A stretch of 64,000 nt of DNA. Origin: Piromyces finnis finn. Taxonomy: Eukaryota > Fungi > Neocallimastigomycota. Positions 18,584 through 33,388 of this stretch are shown here, piece by piece. The position numbers were made by a program, and so were the translations under genes. The notes under the pieces are model-generated. The model saw only the letters and a list, made by a program, of their open reading frames with translations. It did no database searches and was not told the origin of the DNA. Location of the stretch: positions 1,736,001 through 1,800,000 of the forward strand of contig MCFH01000001.1 of NCBI GenBank assembly GCA_002104945.1, in the 5' to 3' direction. Positions within the stretch are counted from its first letter, which is position 1. The number at the start of each line of letters is the position of its first letter.

Positions 18584-20081
18584 GAGAAATTACAAATACA
18601 AAAAGAATTCAAGTTACGTATTATTCAGCATTCAAATATATTTGCCTATTTTTTTCTTTAATAATATATTAATATATTTTAATACCAACTTTAATTAGAA
18701 TTTAGATTAATCCCCAATACCAAATTTTATAATCAAAATTCTTTATAAACTATTCTATCCTTGACAAGTTACTCTTGAAATTTGTTTAACTATTCATTAA
18801 TGATTTAGGATTTAATAGTATTTTTTCATTACTAATACCATTATTATTACTTTTAATAACATTACTATTACTATATGTTATATATAAAAACAGTAGATAT
18901 AAAAAAAAGTTCTATTTTTTCTTTCAAATGTAAAATAAATTTTGTGATATTAAAATAATTATTTTATTTTATAATCAAGTTACCATTTCTATAATTCTCT
19001 AATTCCTTTCCTTTTCTCCTATACTCAAATGTTCTAAAAGCCCCTTTATTTTCCTATTTTCTTACCATCTTGTCATGGTATACAATTTTAACACCCCCAA
19101 ACCTATTATTCCATTAAATATTAAATCCCTTTTTAAAAGCTCCAATATTTCCAAAATTTACCTAACCCCTATTTATTTCAATTTTTTAATTTATTTATTA
19201 ATCAATATCAAATACTAATTGTCAAATTCTAAGATAATAAAATTTCATATATAAAATAAATAAAGCAATAAATATTTATATATTTATTAATATTATATTT
19301 TTTTGAAAAGTTTCTGGTAAGAAAATAATTTTATCTTTGCCTAACATATAAAATACAATAATAAACATTATTTTATGTTATATAAATCATTGCTATTATT
19401 ATTATATTATTATACTTGATAATAAAACATTAATTTACAAAAAATATATAAAATAGTTACAAAAATTTATTTAAATAAAAAAAAAGTTTAAAATAAGTTT
19501 TTTTTTTTTTTTTTTTGAAAAATTGAACTATCGGAAAGAAATTAAATTAAAAATATCGGAAGAAAAAAAAATTTTTTTTTCTATGTTAATCTATCAATTT
19601 AATTTGAAACAGGCCTATTCTTCTGTCACACGAATTATTTTTTATTTTAATTAAAATAAAAAAGTATAATTACTAATAAATTTTATTTTAATTCTAATTA
19701 TTTTTATATTGAAAAAAGGATGATATTGATAGTAACAATATTACTAAAACCATAAAGAATTTAACATTTAGCTTTAAATAACTTAAAATTAGCAACTATT
19801 TTTAGTGGAAAAAAAAAAAAAGAAAAAATACTAAATAGTAACAAAGTAACAAATTAATTTATAATAATAAATTTTTATAAATGAAATATTAACCAATAAA
19901 ATAAAATTTAAAAAAAAAAAAAACCAAAGATTTTTGGGTTTTATATTAAATTTTATTCTATTGAAAAAAATATGTATAACAATATCAATACAATTACTAA
20001 ATTAGGAATTTAATATATAATAATATTATCCTTCAAATTAAGAAAAAATAACGACTACCAAATATTCGTCAATATAACTTT

Positions 20082-20296
20082 TGTATTTAAATAAAAAAAT
20101 AATAATTTTACAAAAGAATCCACATTCAACACAAACACAAAATAAAATACAAAATCTACTTTTTTTTTTTTTTAATTTTTTAAATATAATGTATTTAAAT
20201 AAAAAAATAATAATTTTACAAAAGAATCCACATTCAACACAAACACAAAATAAAATACAAATTCTACTTTTTTTTTTTTAATTTTTTAAATATAAT
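20082..20296. repeat. 108-bp direct tandem duplication (2 copies)
   Basis: TGTATTTAAATAAAAAAATAATAATTTTACAAAAGAATCCACATTCAACACAAACACAAAATAAAATACAAA... starts at 20082 and again at 20190, nearly identical. Confidence 0.92.
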
Positions 20297-21312
20297 TTTA
20301 TTAACTTTTTACATAAAATATTATCTTTTATATTCTTTTCTTTTGTTGCTTGCTTAATTTATAATAGTTATTTCAAATAACTTTATTTTTTTGTAAAGAA
20401 ATGATAGCATTTTTTATCTTTTCTTTTTTTAATTAAATTATATTTCTATGATTAATTATAAATGTATATACACATAATTAATATACAAATATGATAATTT
20501 TTTTTAATTTTTTTTTTTAAATTTTAAATTTTGTGTGTTTTTTGTTTTGTATTTGTGTTCTTGTACTTTTTTTTTTTATAATTTTAATTTTTGATTTTAA
20601 TTATAAATACAAAATAATAGTATTATATTAATGTATATTAATATATTAGTATTATTTTTAATTTTTTTTAATTTTTTTAAATTTTTTAATTTTATTTTAC
20701 ATTTGAAGTGTGTGTGTGTGTCGAAACTTTTGAGTGTGTGAATGTTTAAAAAACTTTGATAATTCAAAATTTCAAAGTATTACTTTTATGTTATAAAAAG
20801 TAAATTTTATAACTTGAATAAATCGATAGTTACAATTGTAAAACATTTGTTTTTTTTATTGTTGTTATTTGCGTTAAAAGATAATTAAAAAAATTTATGA
20901 ACATTTTTACTAATTCAAATAATTTAATTTAATTATCCCTAAAAATTTTATATTGCTTGTTTATTCTTTATATTAAAAAATGCTTTCATCCTTTAAAAAG
21001 AAGTTTTTGCGTGTAAGAAATAGAGTAAAAGATAATTATCATTAAATTAAATAAAAAAAATAGTTTGAAATAAAAACTACTAGTTGTGATTAAATAATTT
21101 TTTAAATATTTTGTTTCTATGAGATTTTCATTTTTCATACGAATAGGAATAAATAAATAATAACTGTATGTAATATATATTTTCTAAGTTGTAGTGAGAT
21201 TGTATAAAGGAATGCTTTAAGATATATTGATTAATTATGTTGAATGAATAAGTTAGAGTTGATTAATTTACATTATCAGTAATTATTTTTATTTCAGTAA
21301 TTATTTTTATTT

Positions 21313-22229
21313 CTAAATTTCTACAACTGAAGGCGATCTTTTTGAATTTACACTTATTATTGATCTATTATCCGCTGCTTGTGGTAAAGACAAATGATTA
21401 TCTTGCATACCTATGTCAGAATGAGTAGACTTTTGAATTCGTTTAATTTTCATACTCCTTTTACTATTTGTACTTCTTACACTTTCATTACTACGACTAG
21501 AATTATGAGAAGAACGGTTTGGTTGCACTTCTTTTACTGAATATAATGAGGTTTTTTCTGCTAAATAGATACGATATCTATTTAAATAGATTGCTAACAT
21601 AGACATAAAGGAAATATCAACACCAGCAGATATTTCATAAATATAGTTATATTCCTTTGTTACTTGTAATTTTTTGTCCTTTAAATAAAATTTTGCAATA
21701 AGAGGTGCACCTTCTTCAAAAACACCATAATATACACCTATTTGTGTAAATTTTCTATTTGTTTTAACTTGTAAAAGCTCTTTTTTTCCATTAGCTTTAT
21801 TGATAAAATATACTTTAACTCTATCACTTCCAAATTTTATTTTTACTTTAAATTTAGTGCTATCATCTTTGATATACATCCTATATATTATATTTAAAAA
21901 TATTAATTAAAATTTATAATTTTTATAAATATATATATATATAATTCTTACTTTGAGGTTTTCTTTTCATGATTACTCTTCATATTTAATACAGGTCTAT
22001 TTCTCATATCGCATAAATAAACTTGATCGTAATCAATTAAAGGTTTAAACATAAGAAAATATGTTCTTGTATTTTTATCATAAAAAATGTACCTCTTTTT
22101 ATCATGAATTATTTCTTTTTTTACATTTAATGTAAATTTTTTATTAAATACATAAGTTTTATCATGTAAATATATATCATTAGGAACTTCTTCTAATTCC
22201 TGTCCCTTTAGACTATATGAATTTCCCAT
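21313..22229 (-). CDS. LURP-one-related / Tubby C-terminal-like (scramblase-fold) protein with an N-myristoylation-type start
   Basis: Exons 22229-21952 and 21880-21313 are joined by a GTAAG...TAG intron (21951-21881) that keeps the frame (SK|MYIKDD). Beta-rich pattern ending GAPLIAK...YIYEISAGVDISFMSMLAI is typical of the LOR/Tub_2 family. N-terminus MGNSYS. Confidence 0.7.
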
Positions 22230-24394
22230 TTTTATTTTTTATTATATTAAATTATATTATTCTTTTTAAAATATATATTTTTATTAATTATTTTTAAATT
22301 ATTACTAATTATTGATAATTATATTTATTAATTAAATTATATTCTTTAATCTAAATATTTAATAATTTTATAGTGCTATTATTAAATATTTATTTATATA
22401 TTTTATAATGTTAATTTATATCAATATCTATATTGACATGCTTTTATTTTTTTAAAAAAAATGAATAATTTTATAAATTATTTTATTATTAATAGCTATG
22501 TATTATTGCGTTTTTTTTTTGTTTGTTTTTTTTTTTTTTTTTTTTTAATATTTAAATATTACTTTTCTATTTCTTGTTTTTTTTTTTTCTTAAAAATAAA
22601 ATAATTAAAAAGTAATTTTTCAATTTTCAATTCTTTTAATAGAATAAATTCTTTAAGAATAAAAATTTTCAAAAATTTTTAAAAAAAGAAAATGAAAGAA
22701 AAGTAAAAAGGTTTTATATATCTTTTTTTTATTATTATTATTATATACATATATAAATAATATTTATATTTTAATATATTAAAAATAATTTTAAATAATA
22801 GAAAATTGTGTGTAAAGAAATAATTAAATTTAATATAATATAGTTTTAAGGATTATTTTAATATTATTCTATCATCAATAATATTAAAAAATTTGTTATT
22901 GTTGTTGATTAGTTTTTGAATATAAAATTTTTGAAAAACCATGAAAATAATAGTAAAATCTCACTAATAATTAGATTTATTATAAATTTCATTTAAACCA
23001 AAAAAATTAATATTATTTTATATATTAATTAAAAAAAAATAGTATTATTATTACAATTAAAACGATTTGATAATAGTAAAGAAACTAACAAAAGTTTAAT
23101 TAATATAAATATTATCCATTAATACAAAAAAATAAACTTTTTAAAATAACATTATTAATTAAGATTTAATATAAACGAATAGGTCAAACATATTTAATAT
23201 ATTTAATATTATATATACAATATCAAATTAATTCAAATATTTATATTAGAAAATAATTCTCAAATATATTTAATAATTAATATTATAAATTAAATTAGTT
23301 CAAAACCTTCGCATGTTATATTATATGTTATATTATATATATTACATACTATATTACAATGCAATCAAATTTAATAACTATTTTATATTATATTAAATTT
23401 TTTATTTTATTTAAGTATTATTCCTTCCATAAATAGTAATTGAAAACTTTAACACTTTCAATAAAATTGTACACAAAAAACTTTATTATATACATTTATT
23501 TATATTTCATAATTAGAAAATAATATACAGGAATATATTTTAATATATCATATTCTTATATATACCGTTAGTCTTCCTTTAAAAAATATGGTACATATAT
23601 TATTAATATATCATAATAATAGAAATTATTATATTATTTTTAATATAAAAATTACTATTATGATTTATTATTATTAATTAAAAATTTAAAAAAAAGATAG
23701 AATACGAAACTTTATTTATTAATGTTTTTTATTTCATTTTAAAAAAAAAACTAATATTTATGGTGAACAATGCAATAGTAAAGTGGAAAAAAAGAATATA
23801 ATAATGCTTTTATATGCTAATTTAATAAAGGACACTACTTTTTATATAATGTCTTAACCTCTAACTATTGAAAAATAATATAAATGATGAATGGATTATA
23901 ATTAAAATAGACTAATAATTAAAGAACATATTTACTAATATACAAAATATAATACTATAATACATATTTTAATTATTCGCATATTATTATTATTATTATT
24001 ATTATTAAATAGTATGTGATGTGCTAAACAACGATAATTTTAATTCTATTGATTATTATAATTGATATATTACCACCATCACAAACGATAAAATTGACAA
24101 TTAAAAAAAAAATAAAATAATATGTCTATTGAGATTTTTCATTAAACATTAAAAAAAAAAAGGTAGACCTATTTTTTTTATTATTTTATTTTTCTATGTA
24201 AATAGTATTATTTTTATTACAATCTTTTATTAAAATAGATGAAAATTATAAAAATATTGAAAAAATTGAATTTTCTGGGAAAATATAGATATTCTTCCTA
24301 TTTACTATTGTTTTTTTTTTTTTAAGAAAATTAAATATATTAAAAAGTAAATATATACTATTATTTATTTTATGATGATCATGATAATTTATGA

Positions 24395-24558
<164 letters not shown>

Positions 24559-27500
24559 CATCATTTCATATTCTTTATTGAAACAATATCTTTTTTTTTT
24601 TAATTTATTAATTATTTTCCCTTTTTAAAAAAAAAATCTAACTACAATACTTACTAAGCAAATATTATTTTTTTTCTATCTTAATATTATTCTTTAACAC
24701 TAAACTAAAAATCAATATTATCTGTTATTATTATTGTATAAAACAATAATATTTCTTCTAACATTAAGGAAAATATTCATTTTTTTTCTATATTTTATAT
24801 TACTCCTAATTAGTATAATTAAAATAGTAAAAATGAATAAAAAAATAATAATAATAAACTTTAAATTTAATATTGTTTGTTGAGAAGTAAAAAATTGGCC
24901 AATTATATTAATGTAATTAAAGTTTTATTTAAAATTTTTATTTTTCTAATATAAAACTTTAATTTGAAGAAAATATTTTTTTTTTACTTTACAGAATAAT
25001 AGCCTTATATTAAAGTTCATAACACAAATATAAAATATTTGAAAATATATGACAATCTTTTATACAAATTGCATAGAGTAACTCTTTTTTTTTTTTTAAT
25101 TATACAATTAAAATTATTCAAAAATATTTTGATATTAAACCTTCTTTGAGTAAAAATGATCTTTTAATAATCACCACCTATTAAAATTATATTTGTTAAT
25201 ATCTTTACAAATATTTTTCAGTTAATATATTTCTTGTTTTAAAAAACTACTTAATTATTATTTTTTTTGACCGCTCATCATTAATATAATATTATGAAGA
25301 TTTAAATAATTAATATTAATATCAAGATAAAACATACTTATTAAAAAAATTTAATTATACTACATATATTTTATTATAAATTTATTCCCCAATGAAATAG
25401 CAACAAATTTAAACTATTTTTATTTTTTTGGAATTATGAATGAAATGATAAAAGAATTATAGAACAAGGAATTAACTATTCTTAAACGATAATTAATTAT
25501 TTTATCATTTAAGAATAGATATAGTTAATCATAAAATACTTAAACATAATAAAAGAGACATTAATTTTTATTTAGTTATATTTTAGTTTTATGCCTTATA
25601 TCGTGACAAATAATTTATAATTTTAGAGATTAAAAATATTAAAATACAATAATATTAATACTATCTATTATAAAATAATTTAATATTTTTAGATCATAAA
25701 AAAAACCTTTTTAAATATAAATTAATTTTACCTCAAATTTAATTTATTATATTCAGCCTTATAAATCTACACATTAATACTTTTAAATTATAAATTCTCA
25801 TACTTTATAATAAATATTGTAGATTATACAATAAAATAATAATAATATATATTAATATTTTCATTTTAATTAAATATAAATTCTGATTCAATTTATATTA
25901 TCCAAGCTTGAAAGATATGTAAACTTTAAAATATAGTTTTATTTATTAAATCAGTTCCTTCAAAAAAAATAAAAAAAACCTTCCTAATATAAATTCTAAC
26001 GCCGTTATAAATAAAATATGTTTCATATAATATTTTCTATTCCTTTATAAGTTCATATTTAAAATTATGAATTTAAATAAAAATTTTAATTATCAAATTT
26101 AAATTCTTTGGTTTAAATTTTAAATTAGTAAACCAACTTAAATGTACAGTTATCACGTGATAGTCGATAATAATATATAAATGGCGATTAAGCAATAATA
26201 AAATAAAAACTATAAAACATATAATTACTATAATAATATTCTTTTAAATAAATAATAAATTTATTAATAAATTTGTTTCATCAATATTTCCCTCTTTAAT
26301 ATATTGTTATTTAATAAAAATTAAATTAAAAATAGCGGATAAAGATAAATTATTAATTATTCTTATCCATCAACTATGGTATTTAATAATATAAAATTTA
26401 CAAATAGTATTCTTACCTAATTATAAATTACACAAATAATGTTCAAATTTAATCAAAACTATATTATAAATTATTTTTCTTTTAATTGTAACGGGTCTTG
26501 TATTTTCAATAGTATATTTCATTAAATAGTTTTTTGGAAACTAAATGATGAATTAAATATAATAAAGATTTAAATCCTTTTTTTTTTTTTTTTTTTGAAA
26601 TATAACAGTTATACATATTGATTTTACTATTTTTAAATAGTTTTTTAAATTGGTTTTATAAAATAAAAGTTTTGAATATTAAAATATTTAATTTAATGAA
26701 ATTAGTCTTCAAACTTATATATATTTTATTAATCATATCAAATAAATAAAATAAACAAAATACAATAATTACTTTACATAATAAAAAAATAAAATATTAT
26801 AAATATAAATAATGCATTTACTATTATTATTATTTTTAATTCTTTTATCATTCATTTCAATTTTTATTTAATACTAATTTTTATAAAAAGATTTAAAATT
26901 TTATAGAATTAAATGTTTCACAATAAATTTATTTATAAAATATATAATGAGATTAGGTTTTAATATGGTTAGGTTTTGTGTTGATTTTAAATTTATTAAA
27001 ATTATAGGTAATAATTATTACCTATTAACTTATAATAATAACATTGTAAAATAGTAATTATTTTCTGTTAATTATAAATGTTTTCAATGAATATATTGTA
27101 ATATTTATATACTTTTTTTAATTTGCTATTATTATTATACTTTTTTTTATAAACTATAAAATTAGTTTTATTTATACAAATATTTTTGTGAATTAAGAAA
27201 TATTTTTTATCTATTATTATATTTTATTGTTTATATTATTTTTTTTTACAACCTTGTTTGCAAACAGTTTTACTTCAAAAATTATTTTTATAAAACATTT
27301 CCTTTTTCTTTAAACAAAACAATAATACACAATACACTTTTTGTGTGTTTAACTTTTAAAGTTTTTATTGTATTAGTTGACAATACATAGTAAATAATAA
27401 ATAAAAATATAGATATAAATACTATTTAAGTTGAATTATAGTTTAATAGATTTTACAATTTGTATGTTGTATGAAGGTGATATTTAATTAAATAATAGAA

Positions 27501-27844
27501 AAAAGAGAAGTTAGTCATTTATGATAGTATTGCTCTTATTTCATAATATTTAAAATTTAATCTCTTTAATATTGTACTTATGTGATATTTAATTATAAAA
27601 TATCTATTAAAAAAATCAATCTAATCTTTTATAAAACCTAATCTTTAAAATCATTGTAGATACTTTTGTATACAACATGTAATAGATACTATATAAAACC
27701 TATATTAATTAAATATTCAATATAAGTTTAATTTTTTTTTATTTTTTTAAAAATAAATAAAAAAAATCTTAAATATTTTGATATATATTTTTTTTTTTAC
27801 TGACATAGTTTAGTAATTGAAAATAAATGTTTTTATAATTAATT

Positions 27845-27846
27845 AA

Positions 27847-27908
<62 letters not shown>
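27845..27908. repeat. (TAAA)n microsatellite
   Basis: About 16 consecutive TAAA units, followed by two degenerate ATAATATGAATA copies. Confidence 0.93.
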
Positions 27909-27910
<2 letters not shown>

Positions 27911-30295
27911 ATGAATAAATAAATAATATGAATAATGTTATTGGATAAAAAAAGAATGATAATAAATCAATAGAATATTTATTGATTACTGGTAAAATAT
28001 ATTAATAATTTACAAAATTTATAAATTATTACCAAGATAAAAATTTTAAAAATAAACAAAATACATTAAATTATTAATAATTATCCTTTAAGCATAATAT
28101 CTATTATAATAAACAATTAACTAAAAAAACGGTGTTAAGTAAAAAAAAACAATGCCAATATTAATTTCATTTTAACATCATCTTTTTAATATTATATATT
28201 AGTATTATTATTATTATATATTTTTTTTAAATATTAAAAAATTTTTATAATAATTTAATATATTTTATTTATAATTTTTAATTTTAATTTACAAATTATG
28301 AATCATAAATGCATTTAAATTTCTTGCTATAATATTTTTTTCTAATGCTTACATAATGTTTAGTAAAAGTTATAAAAAAAATACTATTTTATTTATTTAA
28401 CTGATTTTAACCAGTTTAATCGTTTTAAATAGCATCTATTTACTTTATAAATTCAAAATTAATAATATTTGTTTTGATATACTTATTAATACACCGATAA
28501 ATCAATTTTTATATATATACATTTTTATTAAATATATTTAAGAGTCACATGAATGTTTAATGCGTATTATTAAAAATATTCTATATTTTTTTCTTATTAT
28601 ACACTAACTATTTATTTATTTTTTATTTTTAGAATTGTAAATATTGGTATATTGAATAATAGAATAATAAATACATACAATTAATCTCTAATACTTCTAA
28701 ATTTTATATTTTGAACGTTTTTTTTTCCTTGTATAATAAGACTATTTATATTTCACTAGAAATTATTGTTTATAATAAAAATTTTATCTTTCTTATATAA
28801 GAAGAGTCCTTTTTTTTCTATCAAATTTATTTGAAATTATTATTGATTATCATTTCTGTATTTAAGATAAATTAAAATGGATAATACATCAAAAATATAG
28901 ATAATTAAATAATATGTTATTTATATTATATTTTAAATATATTATAATCAATAGAATTTAATTGAAAACTATTATAAATTTATATGCTTCATATATTAAA
29001 ATACATTATAATTTAAAAATTATCTGAAAATGCATATAAATTATTTTTAATTATATTGTAATATATGACTTTCTATTTATTATTTAAATTATTATTTTAA
29101 TGTTACAATTTTAATTTTAAATTATTAAAAAAAAAAGAAAAATTTTAAAATAGTCAATTTTTTATATGGAGGAGCATCAATACATAATTAAAATTGTATA
29201 TATTGAAGCACATTATTCATCATATACATTATAATGAAGTTTAAAAGGAAATGGCTTTGAATATTTATAAAATAGTGTTTTAAATGTAAACTAAATAAAT
29301 ATGATAATCCTTTGTATATTTTACAGTTTTATTAAAGAACTTTAACTTTCAGGATAATGATACAAATTATTCGAGTTTATAGGGTAATGAAATATTCTAA
29401 GTATTATTGTGATTAAGATTTTATACTTTAATCAAATATGCAAAAAAAAAAAAAAAAAAATACATAATATTTTCTTATTATTAATATATTATTTTACTAT
29501 ATTTTATAGTCCAATGGACCGACATAATAAATGTTTACTTATTTAAATAAGTTTTGTTTTGTATAAATAGAAAATCTTTATTCATTAATAATATTATGAT
29601 ATTTTTAATAGAAATTGAATATATAATACTTATGAAAAATACAGAGTTCTTTCTTAATTTATTATTTTCTTTTTTTCTTTCCTTTTTATTAATTTGATGT
29701 CTGATTTAGGGAAGCTTAGAAACTTAAAAAATACTTTATAATTTTTGATCTATTATGAATGAATATCCTATTTTTAAGCGAATGAATAATAAATATTCAA
29801 CAATTAAATAAATGCTAAATAAATCATTATATAGTTGAAATAAGTAAATAAATATATCAATAATAAATAAATAAATCTTTAATCAATATTCATAAATCTT
29901 AATTAAGTAAAATTTAATTAATTTATTAATTAATTAATTTATAGATAAATCTCTATTTTAGAAAATATAGTTAATATATTGTTTCAATATATTCTTTAAT
30001 AGTTGTATTTTTAATTAATGTTAAAATATAATTAATTAAATATTCTAATTACATAATATAATATAATATAATATAATGTAATATAATATTAATATCCATT
30101 TTACTCTTTTTTTGTTTGACTTTTATATTTATTATAATATATATTATGTAATCATCATCGTCATCATCATTAGAATCATAGGTACAGTTGTAAAAATGGC
30201 ATAATTAATTAATTTATATTTGTATTTATCCTTTTTTAATTATGCTTTTTTATTCCATTTTTAATTCATATAAAAAGAGCTTATAATATTTTTTT

Positions 30296-30326
<31 letters not shown>

Positions 30327-30600
30327 CATTACTTTTTTTAACATTACAACTTATATATTTAATATTTTATATTTTTATTTTTTATTTTATATACATTCAT
30401 AGAGAAAAAAAATAAATATTATTTTATTTTTTTTTTAAAATTAAGATTGTTTATATAAAATAAAACGTTTAAATTTAAATTATTTAATAGTCTAGTTTAA
30501 AAATTTTAAATTATTAACCAAAATTTCCTCGAAAAAATTTTTGTCGTGTTTTAACTTTTGCATTCCACATAAGTCCAAACATTCCAAAAATCATTCCAAA

Positions 30601-32531
30601 ATGGCTATTAACATTTCTACCGTTCAAACCAAAATTTACGAAGGACAAAAGCCAGGTACTTCTGGTCTCAGAAAGAAGGTTACTGTTTTCCAACAAGAAC
30701 ATTACACTGAAAACTTTATTCAAGCTACTTTAGATTCCGTTAATGCTAACGGTTTCACTTTAGTTATTGGTGGTGATGGTCGTTACTATGGTAAGGAAGT
30801 TATTCAACTTATTGCTAAGATTGGTGCTGCCAATGGTGTATGTATTTATAAATATAAACAATTAATATCATTAATACAAAGATAAAAAATAATAAAATAA
30901 TAAGAAAGAAAAAATGAAAAAAAAAATATAAAAAAAAAATTAAAATAAAATTTAAAATAAATAAAAAGCATATTAAAAGTAAAATATAATAAAATTTTAA
31001 CATCAACAACATAGTATAAATAATAAAAAAGTATTTATAGTTAAAAAAATAGTAAATAGCGTATTAATAAATGCATTTATATATTTTTATTTAATAATAG
31101 GTCAAGAAATTAATTATTGGTCAAGATGGTATTATGTCTACCCCAGCTGCCTCTAACATGATTAGAAAGAGAAAGGCTAATGGTGGTTTCATTCTTACCG
31201 CTTCTCACAACCCAGGAGGTCCAAAGGCTGATTTCGGTATTAAATACAATATTCAAAATGGTGGTCCAGCTCCAGAAGGTGTTACTAACAAAATCTATGA
31301 AATTACCACTAAGATGACTAGATACCTTTTAGCTGATATTCCAGATATTGATCTTTCAACCATTGGTACTACCACTTATGGTGATGGTGAATTTACCGTT
31401 GAAGTTGTTGACTCTGTTGAAGATTACGTTATTTTAATGAAGGAAATCTTCGATTTCGATTTAATCAAGAAGTTCCTCAGTGACAACAAGGACTTCAAGG
31501 TTCTTTTCAATGGTTTAAATGGTGTTACTGGTCCATATGCTAAGAGAATTTTCCTTAAGGAATTAGGTTTATCTGAAGAATCTGTTATGAACTGTGTTCC
31601 ATTACCAGACTTTGGTGGTCGTCACCCAGATCCAAATCTTACTTATGCCAAGGATTTAGTCGACAGAGTCCAAAACGAACAATTCGATTTTGGTGCTGCT
31701 TCTGATGGTGATGGTGATCGTAACATGATTATTTCTAAGGATTTCTTTGTTAATCCATCCGACTCTGTTGCTGCTATTGCTGCTAATGCTGGTGATGCTA
31801 TTCCATATTTCAAGAAGAATGGTGTTACTGGTCTTGCTCGTAGTATGCCAACTAGTGCTGCTCTTGACCGTGTTGCTGAAAAGCAAGGTTTATTACACTT
31901 TGAAGTTCCAACCGGTTGGAAGTTCTTTGGTAATTTAATGGATGCTGGTAAGTGTAACATTTGTGGTGAAGAAAGTTTCGGTACCGGTTCTGATCACATT
32001 CGTGAAAAGGATGGTATCTGGGCTATTCTTGCTTGGTTAAACATTATTGCTTTCCGTAATCAAACCGAAAAGGTTAGCATAAAGGATATTATGTTAAAGC
32101 ACTACGCTACCTACGGTAGAAACTTCTTCTCTCGTTATGATTACGAAGAAGTTAGTAGTGAATCTGCCAACAAAATGGTTGATCGTTTACGTTCAATTGC
32201 CGATGATGGTTCATTCGTTGGTAAGACCTTTGAAGGTTATGAAGTCGAAAAGATTGATGACTTTGAATACAAGGATCCAATCGATGGTAGTGTTTCATCT
32301 CACCAAGGTATTCGTATTCAATTCAAGGATGGTTCTCGTATTGTTATCAGACTTTCTGGTACTGGTAGTTCTGGTGCTACTATTCGTATGTATGTTGAAA
32401 AGTATACTAATGATGCTTCTCAATTTGAAGTTGACACTCAAGTTACCATTAAGAGTCTTATTAAGGCTGCCCTTGAAATCTCTCAATTAAAGGAATTCAC
32501 TGGTCGTGAAGAACCAACTGTTATCACATAA
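30601..32531 (+). CDS. PGM: Phosphoglucomutase (alpha-D-phosphohexomutase, PGM1 type)
   Basis: Exons 30601-30837 and 31101-32531 (GTATGT...TAG intron). Motifs: [20 protein letters not shown], catalytic phosphoserine loop TASHNPGG, metal loop DGDGDR, sugar loop GEESFG, RLSGTG and C-terminal GREEPTVIT. Strong codon bias typical of highly expressed genes. Confidence 0.98.
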
Positions 32532-33388
32532 GTTCATTAAAAAGGAAGAATCCCTAATTGAGGATTACTAGTAAAGAAATATTGAATAAAAACAGGAGTA
32601 GTAGATATAAAATTTACATCTCTAACTTTTATTAGTAACTAAAAAGTAAAATAAAAAAGAATATATATAAGCAATTTTTTTAGCTATTTAAATAATATAT
32701 TATAATATATTAAAAATGTTTATAAAATTTTATATAGTTCCTACAAAAATGAAATAGGAATAAAATACTATCTATATATAATTAAAAGCTAAAAAAAAAA
32801 ATACTTTTTTATTTTTGCTTATATTTATTGTTTTATTTTACAAATTTTTATCTTTATTTCTTTACACAATTTTGTCATATATTTTCAAAACACATTCTCA
32901 TAATAATAATATATTTTATATATTTACTAATAATATATAAAAGTATTCAATTTTTTTTTTATTGACTAAACAATAATTTAAAAAAACAAACAAAAACAAA
33001 ACTTATAAACCAAATAGTATTTTAAATTAAAATGAAAAATCTATAAAAACCAATAACGTTTTAATTTAAAATTATTTATTCAATATAGTATTTATTTTTA
33101 GTAAAATAATAATTAATAACTAAATATAAAGGTAGTAAAAAAATATTAAAACATTTTTTATTATTATTAGTTTAGAAATTATTGTTTTTTATTTTTATTT
33201 GCTAGCATTTAAAAAAAAAAAAAAAAATTAAATAAAAAAAATTATTTATTAATAGCAAAAAAAAAAAAAAAAAAAAAACAGTATTTGTATTTAAGTCATT
33301 TAATGTGTATATTTAATTTTTATTTATATATAATATATATCATTTATTTATTAGCTGATCATTAATATACAAAAAAAGGAATAAGTGA

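Noticed and set aside
20081-20281. 66-aa ORF with an internal repeat
   Set aside because: It starts at TTG and simply reflects the 108-bp tandem duplication.
31643-32490. Several overlapping or antisense ORFs within PGM
   Set aside because: Shadow ORFs caused by the strong codon bias of a highly expressed gene. The same applies to 37576-37875 over RPS3A, 39939-40205 and 48986-49390.
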